Shown here: positions 27,909-35,906 of the stretch, piece by piece
How the letters are laid out: every line of letters begins with the position of its first letter
Numbering within the stretch: the first letter of the stretch is position 1
Source of the DNA: Chloroflexota bacterium
GTDB taxonomy: Bacteria; Chloroflexota; UBA11872; VXOZ01
Assembly (NCBI GenBank): GCA_012270555.1
Contig: JAAXIC010000030.1
Span: forward strand, 18,097 to 82,096
Length of the DNA stretch: 64,000 bases
Direction of reading: 5' to 3'
Made by a program: the position numbers and the translations under genes
The notes under the pieces: model-generated
Told to the model about the DNA's origin: nothing
Seen by the model: the letters and a program-made list of their open reading frames with translations, nothing else
The model's database searches: none

Positions 27909-28979
27909 ATGGAGCCATCATACGTGTATGTAAATCGCCGCACGCTGCTTAAGGCAACGCTGTCGTTGCTGCCAGTCGGGCTTGGGGCTGCCTGCGCCAC
28001 CGGTGTTTCGGATCCACGTGGCGTGGCGGGTAAGGCAACCGTAACCCTTGGTTCACCTTCTCTCACCGTATATTCCGGCCGCAACGAACAGCTCGTTGGT
28101 CCGCTCCTGGAACAGTTCTGGCAGGACACTGGTATCACTATCCAGGTGAAGTATGGCGGCACCGCCGAGATTGCGGCGACCATCCTCGAAGAGGGCGAAA
28201 ACAGCCCCGCAGACGTCTTCTATGGGCAGGATGCCGGCGCTCTGGGCGCGTTGCAGCTAGAGAATCGTCTTGCTGCCCTGCCCGACGCAATTCTCAACGC
28301 CGTAGAGCTGCGATTCCGTTCCCCACAGGGGCAGTGGGTTGGCACCTCGGGGCGCGCCCGCGTCGTGGTATACAACACGGAGAGTGTAACGCCGGCAGAC
28401 CTACCGCCTTCCATCCTGGACTTTACCGCTCCCACGTGGAAGGGACGCATTGGCTGGGCGCCGACGAACGGTTCGTTTCAGGCGTTCGTTACCGCTATGC
28501 GTGTGACGCTGGGCGAAGACCCAACCCGGGCGTGGCTGGAGGGCATCAAGGCAAATGAGCCGAAGGTATACCCCAAGAATACGCCTACGGTGCAGGCCGC
28601 TGTAGACGGCGAAATCGCCGTTGGTTTCGTCAACCACTACTATCTCTTCCGCATTCGTGCCGAGCAGGGTAATGTGCCCGCGGAGAATTACTTTCCGCCC
28701 AACGGAGACCTCGGTTCTCTAATCAATGTCGCGGGAGCCGGCGTCATTGCGGGCTCGGAGAATCAAGCAGCCGCGGAGCAGTTTATCGCCTATCTCCTTT
28801 CGCAACACGCGCAGGAGTACTTTGCGACGGAGACCTACGAGTATCCCTTAGTATCTGGCGTAGCCGCTCACCCTGATCTACCCGCGCTCTCTGACATTCA
28901 GACTCCGGACATCGACCTCAGCGATCTCGCCGATCTGCGCGGCACACTTGAACTCTTGCAAGAGGTGGAACTGATCTAA
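27909..28979 (+). CDS. ABC transporter periplasmic substrate-binding protein, iron(III)/FbpA-AfuA (or thiamine) type
   Basis: Start at MEPSYVYVNRRTLLKATLSLLPVGLGAACA (Tat-like motif plus lipobox) with an AAGGGGA RBS. The body matches Fe3+-binding-protein-family binding proteins. Confidence 0.7.
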   Translation: MEPSYVYVNRRTLLKATLSLLPVGLGAACATGVSDPRGVAGKATVTLGSPSLTVYSGRNEQLVGPLLEQFWQDTGITIQVKYGGTAEIAATILEEGENSPADVFYGQDAGALGALQLENRLAALPDAILNAVELRFRSPQGQWVGTSGRARVVVYNTESVTPADLPPSILDFTAPTWKGRIGWAPTNGSFQAFVTAMRVTLGEDPTRAWLEGIKANEPKVYPKNTPTVQAAVDGEIAVGFVNHYYLFRIRAEQGNVPAENYFPPNGDLGSLINVAGAGVIAGSENQAAAEQFIAYLLSQHAQEYFATETYEYPLVSGVAAHPDLPALSDIQTPDIDLSDLADLRGTLELLQEVELI

Positions 28980-28994
28980 CATCTGAAAGGGCCT

Positions 28995-30626
28995 ATGGCG
29001 ACATCGTCGAAGACGACGTTTCCATTCTCGCTGAGCGAGACATTTCGCGGTGGCCGGCGGACCTATTGGTCTGCCGGTCCGCCGCTGCTTCTCGTTGTGG
29101 TGAGCAGTGTCGTAGCGATAAGCATCTTGCTGCCCCTGGCCTACCTGTTGTTGCGTGCTGCCGGCGCCGGAGACGAACTCTGGCGGCTCCTGCTCCGTCC
29201 GCGCTCCGCGGTGATCCTGTTCAATAGCGTTGCTCTCGCCTCTGCGGTGACCTTCAGCACCATTGCCATCGCCGTCCCTCTGGCTTGGCTCGTCGTACGC
29301 AGCGATCTCCCCTTGCGGCGGCTCTGGACCGGCCTGCTGATCGTCCCGCTCGCCGTACCCAGCTACGTGGGCGGGTTCGTCCTCATCGGGGCTTTGGGCC
29401 CGCGCGGCATGTTGCAGCGGTTGCTGGAGCCTCTCGGCGTCGAACGCCTACCGGAGATCTACGGCTTTCCTGGCGCCTGGCTGGCCCTGACGCTCTTTAC
29501 GTATCCCTACGTGTTCTTGGTGGTGCGCGCCGCGTTGCAAGGCATGGACCGTACGCTGGAAGAAGCCTCGCGCAGCCTCGGACAGAGCGGTTGGACCACG
29601 TTCTGGCGGGTGACCCTCCCGCAACTGCGACCGGCCATGGCGGCCGGCGGACTCCTCGTCGCGCTCTACACGCTTAGTGACTTTGGCGCGGTGTCGCTGT
29701 TGCAATTCGATACCTTCACCCGCGTCATCTACGTCCACTACCAAGGCTCATTCGACCGGCACCTGGCAGCCGGCTTGGCGCTTGTGTTGGTCTGCATGAC
29801 TCTGCTCATTCTCGTTCTCGAGCACTGGAGCCGGGGACGGGCGCACTACCACAGCGGAACCGGCAAGGGCGCAAGGTCGCCGCGCCGTGTGTCTCTGGGA
29901 AGATGGCGATTACCGGCCTTCCTGCTCTGCGCAAGCATCGTACTCTTTGCGCTTGTCATGCCTGCGCTCACTGTCAGCTACTGGCTGCTCCGTAGCGTCG
30001 CGCTCACCGCGAATTTCAGCGCGTTGCCGGGCTTGGCGTGGAATTCGCTGTGGGTCTCCGCCGCCGCCGGAATCGCCGCAGTAGTGCTTGCCGTGCCGGT
30101 GGCATACCTTACCGTGCGTTTTCCGCGCCGCCTCACCAAGCCTTTCGAATACGCCATTTACCTTGGGTACGGCCTGCCGGGCATCGTCATTGCGCTCTCC
30201 CTCGTCTTCTTTGGCGCCAACGTCGCGCCCTTCATCTACCAGACCTTCTTTCTCCTGATAGCCGCCTACCTGATCCGCTTCTTGCCGCAAGCGTACGGCA
30301 ATGCCCGCACGTCGCTGCTGCAAGTCCAGCCGTCGCTGGAAGAGGCATCACGTAGCCTGGGCCGCTCCTGGCATGGGACACTGCGCACCATAACCCTGCC
30401 GCTTGTGCGCGGCGGCGCCACCGCGGGCGGTATTCTGGTATTCGTCACGACCCTGAAGGAACTCCCCATCACGCTCTTGCTTGGTCCAATCGGATTTAAG
30501 ACGCTTGCCACGGAAGTCTGGTCGTTGACTGCGGAAGGTTTCTTTGCTGACGCCGCACCCGTCATCTTTGTGCTCTTGAGCGTCTCGCTCCTGCCGACGT
30601 TGCTTTTTGTTGGTAAGGAACCTTAA
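28995..30626 (+). CDS. ABC transporter permease with duplicated transmembrane domains (FbpB/ThiP-type)
   Basis: 543 aa, two permease repeats each carrying the EAA-like loop (EEASRSLG twice). Confidence 0.75.
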   Translation: MATSSKTTFPFSLSETFRGGRRTYWSAGPPLLLVVVSSVVAISILLPLAYLLLRAAGAGDELWRLLLRPRSAVILFNSVALASAVTFSTIAIAVPLAWLVVRSDLPLRRLWTGLLIVPLAVPSYVGGFVLIGALGPRGMLQRLLEPLGVERLPEIYGFPGAWLALTLFTYPYVFLVVRAALQGMDRTLEEASRSLGQSGWTTFWRVTLPQLRPAMAAGGLLVALYTLSDFGAVSLLQFDTFTRVIYVHYQGSFDRHLAAGLALVLVCMTLLILVLEHWSRGRAHYHSGTGKGARSPRRVSLGRWRLPAFLLCASIVLFALVMPALTVSYWLLRSVALTANFSALPGLAWNSLWVSAAAGIAAVVLAVPVAYLTVRFPRRLTKPFEYAIYLGYGLPGIVIALSLVFFGANVAPFIYQTFFLLIAAYLIRFLPQAYGNARTSLLQVQPSLEEASRSLGRSWHGTLRTITLPLVRGGATAGGILVFVTTLKELPITLLLGPIGFKTLATEVWSLTAEGFFADAAPVIFVLLSVSLLPTLLFVGKEP

Positions 30627-30635
30627 AATAGGGTC

Positions 30636-31685
30636 ATGAGCATTAATCTCTTCGCCATCCGCTGCAAGAACGTTACGAAGCGTTTCGGCTCCGTAATGGC
30701 CGTGGATCACGTCGACCTCACCGTTGCTCCCGGCGAATTCCTCAGCCTGCTTGGACCTAGCGGGTGCGGCAAGACAACCTTCCTGCGGCTCATCGCCGGC
30801 TTTGAGGTACCCGATACCGGCACAATCGAGATTGGCGATATCCGCGTTGTCGGCCCAAAGCGGTGGATCCTCCCGGAACGCCGCCGCGTGGGTATGGTCT
30901 TCCAGGACTACGCGCTCTTTCCGCACATGACGGTGGCAAAAAACGTGGCCTATGGCGTACGCAAGTGGCCCGATCAGCGCGAGCGAGTAGGTAACGCCTT
31001 GCGGCTGGTGGGACTGGATAGTTTCCGCGAGCGGATGCCGCATGAACTCTCCGGCGGACAGCAGCAACGTGTCGCATTAGCCCGTGCGTTAGCCCCGGAA
31101 CCCGACGTCATCCTGCTGGATGAACCGTTCTCCAATCTGGACGTGGCGCTGCGTGCGCGCATCCGCGCGGAGACGCGCGAGATCCTCGACCGGGCCGGCG
31201 CGACAGTGATCTTCGTGACCCACGACCAGGAAGAAGCCCTCAGCCTCGCCGACAGAGTAGCCGTCATGTGGGACGGCCGGATCGTTCAGGTGGGCGAGCC
31301 GGAGGAACTCTATTGCAACCCGGCATCACGAGAAGTGGCAGAATTCGTTGGCAGCGCAAACTTCCTCTCCGCCATGGTTACTGACGGTCACGCGGAGTGC
31401 GCGCTCGGCCGGTTTGCCGTCAACGGAGCGGCCAAGCACGGCGATCTGGACCTCATGTTTCGTCCCGAAGACATTGCGCTGACGATTGCCCCCGACGGCG
31501 CGTCACGTGTCGTGGCGGCTACGTTCTACGGCCATGACAGCACCGTGACCATTCGTCTGGAAACCGGCGAGCACATCCAGGTGCGGCTCCTCGGGGCGCC
31601 GCTCGCGCCGGGTACCCGCGTCCACTGTCAGGTGACGGCGGAGCCGCGCACCTTCTCCCGGTCCCCGCAACCCGCATCTCTCTAG
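30636..31685 (+). CDS. ABC transporter ATP-binding protein (FbpC/PotA type)
   Basis: 349 aa with Walker A LLGPSGCGKTT, signature LSGGQQQRVALARAL, Walker B ILLDEPFSNLD and a C-terminal TOBE-like domain. Confidence 0.85.
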   Translation: MSINLFAIRCKNVTKRFGSVMAVDHVDLTVAPGEFLSLLGPSGCGKTTFLRLIAGFEVPDTGTIEIGDIRVVGPKRWILPERRRVGMVFQDYALFPHMTVAKNVAYGVRKWPDQRERVGNALRLVGLDSFRERMPHELSGGQQQRVALARALAPEPDVILLDEPFSNLDVALRARIRAETREILDRAGATVIFVTHDQEEALSLADRVAVMWDGRIVQVGEPEELYCNPASREVAEFVGSANFLSAMVTDGHAECALGRFAVNGAAKHGDLDLMFRPEDIALTIAPDGASRVVAATFYGHDSTVTIRLETGEHIQVRLLGAPLAPGTRVHCQVTAEPRTFSRSPQPASL

Positions 31686-31736
31686 CTGTACCGCACAGGG
31701 TATAGTGGTAGAGACGCCAGTATGCCTACGCCCAAA

Positions 31737-31996
31737 GGAGACCTTTGCGTAACCACCTGCAGGCGAGAAAACCACCCTCTCACTGGGGAGAGGGGCGGGG
31801 TGAGGGGATCTTTTTGTTACAATAGCCCCTTACATTGTGTAGTGTCAAGATGTATTACAGCAAGAAGCGGTATACTATGTAGAGATTTCAGGAGATTCAC
31901 CCTCACCCCCGTATCGAGTACGGGGCAGGCTCTAGCCCTCTCCCGTCGAGGGAGAGGGAACTCTCTCGCTTCCGCTAGGGTTACGCAAAGGTCTCC
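31737..31996. mobile_element. 260-bp MITE-like element or large structured RNA: perfect 18-bp terminal inverted repeats and nested internal hairpins around an AT-rich core
   Basis: Terminal repeats GGAGACCTTTGCGTAACC (31737-31754) and GGTTACGCAAAGGTCTCC (31979-31996). Hairpins with shared stems CCCTCTC/GAGAGGG at 31775-31794 and 31936-31958. GGTGAGGGG at 31798-31807 is mirrored by CCCTCACC at 31900-31908. Hairpin at 31907-31925. No ORF. Confidence 0.5.
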
Positions 31997-32020
31997 AAAG
32001 CAGGAAGTTTCTACAAACCT

Positions 32021-33178
32021 ATGTCAGTCTATGATTGCACGCCGCTACGTGAAGCGATTCCGCTCTTACGAGACCATGTCTACCTGAACACCGGCACAGA
32101 GGGGTTGCTGGCCGAACCGGTCCTGTCCGACTACCTGGCTGCGATTGCGCGCCAGGAGCGCGAGGGGCACGTGGCGCTCGAGTGGCGGTACGCAGAACTT
32201 GAGCGCACCCGCCAGGTAGTTGCAGACCTAGTACATGCCCATCCCGATACGATCGCCTTCACCCGCAATGCCACTGACGGGCACAACCTCGTGCTGTATG
32301 GCCTAGACTGGCAGCCTGGCGACGAACTCCTCATTTCCGATCAGGAGCACCCGGCACTGAGCCATCCGGCGGCCTATCTGCAAGACCAAAGCGGGGTGGT
32401 GGTGCGCGTTTTTGGGATAGATGCCGATCCACACGTCACCTTGCGGAATGTCGGGGCGGCTCTCACCGCAAAGACTCGTCTTATCGCTTTCAGTCACGTC
32501 AGTTGTGAGAGCGGCATCCGGCTGCCCGCCAAGAGAATCTGTCAACTCGCGCGGGAGCATGGGGCGTGGTCGCTCCTGGATGGGGCGCAGTCGCTGGGCG
32601 CGATACCCGTGGACATGGCGGAGTTGACGTGCGACTTCTTTGTCAGCAACGGACACAAGTGGCTGTGCGGTCCTAAGGAGACCGGCATTCTCTACGTAAG
32701 ACCGGACCGCTTGGATGCGCTCACACTGCATGCAGTCGGCGCCGGTACTTTCGAGCGTTCCTCCTGGCGTGGTGAGGACTTCTGCTATGGCTTGCAGCCG
32801 AGCGCGCGACGCTTTGAATTTGGCACCCGCAACCAAGCCGCCCTGGTTGGACTGCGCGCGGCAATCGCTTGGCTGCAAGACTTGGGGCTTCCTAACGTCC
32901 ACGGACACATCGCTGACTTGGCTGAGCGAGCGCACCGAATACTTGCTGAGGTTCCCGGTATCGCTATAGTTACGCCGCGTTCTGGTGAACAGTCGGCGGG
33001 TATCATCACTTTCAATGTGCCGAGCAGAAGTCCCGCGGAAATAGCGCAAGAACTCCGGCGCCAAGGGATCGTCACGCGTCACACGACAACGCCACCGGGA
33101 GTGCGGGCCTCCGCCGCGTACTTCAACACCACGCAAGACTTTGCGCGGCTGGCAGCGGCGCTGCGTTCACTCATGTAA
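32021..33178 (+). CDS. Class V aminotransferase (cysteine desulfurase / isopenicillin-N epimerase-like, PLP-dependent)
   Basis: 385 aa with an SNGHKWLCGPKETGILYV PLP-lysine region. Confidence 0.75.
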   Translation: MSVYDCTPLREAIPLLRDHVYLNTGTEGLLAEPVLSDYLAAIARQEREGHVALEWRYAELERTRQVVADLVHAHPDTIAFTRNATDGHNLVLYGLDWQPGDELLISDQEHPALSHPAAYLQDQSGVVVRVFGIDADPHVTLRNVGAALTAKTRLIAFSHVSCESGIRLPAKRICQLAREHGAWSLLDGAQSLGAIPVDMAELTCDFFVSNGHKWLCGPKETGILYVRPDRLDALTLHAVGAGTFERSSWRGEDFCYGLQPSARRFEFGTRNQAALVGLRAAIAWLQDLGLPNVHGHIADLAERAHRILAEVPGIAIVTPRSGEQSAGIITFNVPSRSPAEIAQELRRQGIVTRHTTTPPGVRASAAYFNTTQDFARLAAALRSLM

Positions 33179-33320
33179 GAGAGTAGCAAGCAGCTTTCCC
33201 GGGTCGTGGATGCTTGAAACACTGTGCTCCTCTTGGCATGGTAGGAACGTACGCTTGGGAAATGCCTGCCTCCCTGCTTTGCTCGTCGGAGAGTTCGCAC
33301 AAAGGGATAGCCCACCGCAC

Positions 33321-34517
33321 ATGACGAACATTCAACGCCAACTCCGCATCCTCGTCACCGGCGGCGGTTCCGGCGGGCACGTGACGCCCGCGCTTGCTAC
33401 GGTAGAAGCGATCAAGGCGCTTGCCGACCGGGACGGCACGTGGCAGCCCACGTTTCTCTACATAGGCAGCCACAGGGGAATAGAGCGTGAGTTGGCGTCT
33501 GCCGCCGGACTGCCCTTTACCGCGATTGCGACCGGCAAACTGCGCCGCTCGCAGAACTTACTGGGTCACTTCACGTGGCAGAACATCCTCGACGCGCTGC
33601 GGCTGCCCTGGGGCGTGTTGCAGGCAGTGAGCGCGGTCGCGCGCTTCCGTCCCCACGTTGTACTCAGCACCGGCGGTTTCGTGTGTGTGCCGCCGGTCAT
33701 CGCGGCCTCGCTGCTGCGCGTCCCGGTAATCACGCATGAGCAGACGGTCCAAATGGGACTTGCCAACCGCATCGCCTCCCGTCTCGCAAACCGCATCGCC
33801 CTCACCTATGAGTCCGCGCAGCGTGACCTGCCGGCGCGCCTGCGAGAAAAAACTCTCGTAACCGGCAATCCGGTGCGTCCCATCATATTCAACGGCAGCC
33901 CCGAGATAGCGCTTGCGCTCACCGGCTTTGCGAACGATGACGCTCTGCCGACCCTGTACGTGACCGGCGGAGCACAGGGCGCCCAACACGTCAATCGCGC
34001 CGTGGAAGCGGCGTTGCCCGACCTTCTGACACTGTGCCGCGTCATCCATCAATGCGGGCGTCAGACTCGGGATGGAATTCCCGCCGTTGAGCACTTGCGT
34101 GAGGTTCGCGCGGCGCTGCCGAGCCACCTGCAAGATCGCTACCACGTGGTTGACTTCGTGGCGGACGAGATTGGCCACTTCTATGCGCTTGCAGACGCGG
34201 TGGTGAGTCGCTCCGGCGCGGGCACGCTGGCGGAGCTCTTCGCCCTCGGCAAACCGGCGATTCTCATCCCCTTGGTGCCCACCGGCGGCGACGAACAGCG
34301 GCGCAATGCCCAGCACGCCCAGCACGCAGGCGCAGCAACCATCATCGAGCAGGCGGACTTGACCGGCGAACGCTTATGTAAATCCGTCAGCGGCCTCATC
34401 ACCGATGAAGAAAGGCGCAATGCAATGGCATGCGCCGCCAAGCAACTCGCCCGGCCCGCTGCCGCGCGGCATCTGGCGGAAGCCACCATCGCATTGGCAA
34501 CCCAGACCGGCGGGTAG
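33321..34517 (+). CDS. murG: UDP-N-acetylglucosamine--N-acetylmuramyl-(pentapeptide) pyrophosphoryl-undecaprenol N-acetylglucosamine transferase (MurG, GT28)
   Basis: RILVTGGGSGGHVTPALA, ITHEQT and GGDEQRRNA blocks. Start taken at MTNIQRQLRIL (33321), not the longer frame from 33141 that overlaps the upstream gene. Confidence 0.75.
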   Translation: MTNIQRQLRILVTGGGSGGHVTPALATVEAIKALADRDGTWQPTFLYIGSHRGIERELASAAGLPFTAIATGKLRRSQNLLGHFTWQNILDALRLPWGVLQAVSAVARFRPHVVLSTGGFVCVPPVIAASLLRVPVITHEQTVQMGLANRIASRLANRIALTYESAQRDLPARLREKTLVTGNPVRPIIFNGSPEIALALTGFANDDALPTLYVTGGAQGAQHVNRAVEAALPDLLTLCRVIHQCGRQTRDGIPAVEHLREVRAALPSHLQDRYHVVDFVADEIGHFYALADAVVSRSGAGTLAELFALGKPAILIPLVPTGGDEQRRNAQHAQHAGAATIIEQADLTGERLCKSVSGLITDEERRNAMACAAKQLARPAAARHLAEATIALATQTGG

Positions 34518-34531
34518 CTGAAGTATCTCAG

Positions 34532-35086
34532 TTACATATCCTCTACCGTGTAAACGCTGAACATCGAGTCGCCGTGTTGCCGGCGGCGCAGCAGTCGCAG
34601 CCTGCCCCACCGCTCCGCAGGCAGATTCTTCTTCCAGTGTCCAACGACGAGGATCGTTTGATCCTTGATTGCGTCTGACTCTGCGAGTGAAGGCAGCCAG
34701 TCCTCGTGAGCAACGGTATGGTAGGGCGGGTCTGCCAGGATGAGGTCGTACGGCTCCTTGAAGCGAGAGAGCGCGCCCGGCACGCGCCCTTGGATCACGC
34801 GCGCGCGCTCCTTCAGAGCCGCCGCGCGCAGGTTTTCGCGTATAGCGCGGCACGACGCCGGCAACACGTCGACAAAATCGCACCACTCCGCCCCCCGGCT
34901 CAAGGCCTCGATGCCCAGCGCGCCCGTGCCCGCAAAGAGTTCCAGCACTTTTCCTTGCTCACCCCTCTCGCCCAGCGAGTTGAAGATGGCGTGCTTGACC
35001 TTATCGAGCGTCGGCCGCACCAGTTGCGATTTCGGCGCGCGCAAGCGCCGCCCCGCAGCCGTCCCGCTGATGATGCGCATGCTCAT
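34532..35086 (-). CDS. rsmD: 16S rRNA (guanine966-N2)-methyltransferase
   Basis: 184 aa, VLELFAGTGALGIEALSRGA...LILADPPY. Confidence 0.85.
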   Translation of the reverse strand: MSMRIISGTAAGRRLRAPKSQLVRPTLDKVKHAIFNSLGERGEQGKVLELFAGTGALGIEALSRGAEWCDFVDVLPASCRAIRENLRAAALKERARVIQGRVPGALSRFKEPYDLILADPPYHTVAHEDWLPSLAESDAIKDQTILVVGHWKKNLPAERWGRLRLLRRRQHGDSMFSVYTVEDM

Positions 35087-35228
35087 GGTTCCAATCCATT
35101 CGGCCTCGGCGGTGTTCGCTAGCGATAGATACGAGATTTCTCTGAAAGTTGGCTCATTTGAACAAAGTTGCCCGAAGGTAGCAAAGGGTAGATCTTACCT
35201 TCACCAGATTCTCCAGACAGCATATATC

Positions 35229-35906
35229 TCAAATTGAGATGTGCGGATAGTCCTTGAAGTGCAAGTCGGTCTGAACGCACACTCGGTAGAAGTAGCGATC
35301 CGCTTGGGGAGCGAAATCCTCCGCGCGGACTCTCTGCTCCGCGATCCACGCCTCATTCGGATGGCAGCGCTGATTGCAGAGCGCTTTTACTGAGATCACG
35401 GGGCGTTTTCCCGTGAAGAGTTTCAGTGCAGCCGGAATCGGCATCTCGACCAGGGCCGCAACCTCGGCGGGATTCGGCGAGAATGCCGTCAGCGGCAGAT
35501 TCGCCCGATAGAGGAAAACATACTGGACCTCATAGTCGCGTACGCCGGGCTCGATATCGATAGCGGCCTGGCGCACTCCCAGCGGCAAGAGATCGCTCAT
35601 AGAGAGGCTGAGACCGATCTCCTCCTGCGTTTCCCGCAAGGCCTCCTCCACGGTTTCACCGGCTGCCAAGTGTCCGCCTACGGTCGCATCCAGTTTTCCC
35701 GGCGACGTGTCCTTGGCATCCGCCCGGCGCTGGAAAACGACGTATGGCGTGCCGTCACGGTATTGCCCCACTACCCAGCAGTGAATCGAGCGGTGCCAGT
35801 CCCCGTCCCGGTGCACATCCGCCCGGCGCTTCCGCAGACCCAGCGGGCGGCCAAGCGAATCGCAGACATCGAACAATTCATCCAGGTCGGTATACGGATC
35901 GTTCAT
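35229..35906 (-). CDS. NUDIX hydrolase
   Basis: 225 aa with Nudix box GGHLAAGETVEEALRETQEEIGL. Confidence 0.8.
   Translation of the reverse strand: MNDPYTDLDELFDVCDSLGRPLGLRKRRADVHRDGDWHRSIHCWVVGQYRDGTPYVVFQRRADAKDTSPGKLDATVGGHLAAGETVEEALRETQEEIGLSLSMSDLLPLGVRQAAIDIEPGVRDYEVQYVFLYRANLPLTAFSPNPAEVAALVEMPIPAALKLFTGKRPVISVKALCNQRCHPNEAWIAEQRVRAEDFAPQADRYFYRVCVQTDLHFKDYPHISI

Noticed and set aside
33141-33320. Longer N-terminal frame for murG overlapping the aminotransferase gene
   Set aside because: The extension (MRGWQRRCVHSCKRVASS...) is Cys/Arg-rich and overlaps the upstream CDS. The conserved MurG N-terminus begins at MTNIQRQLRILVTGGGSGGH at 33321.
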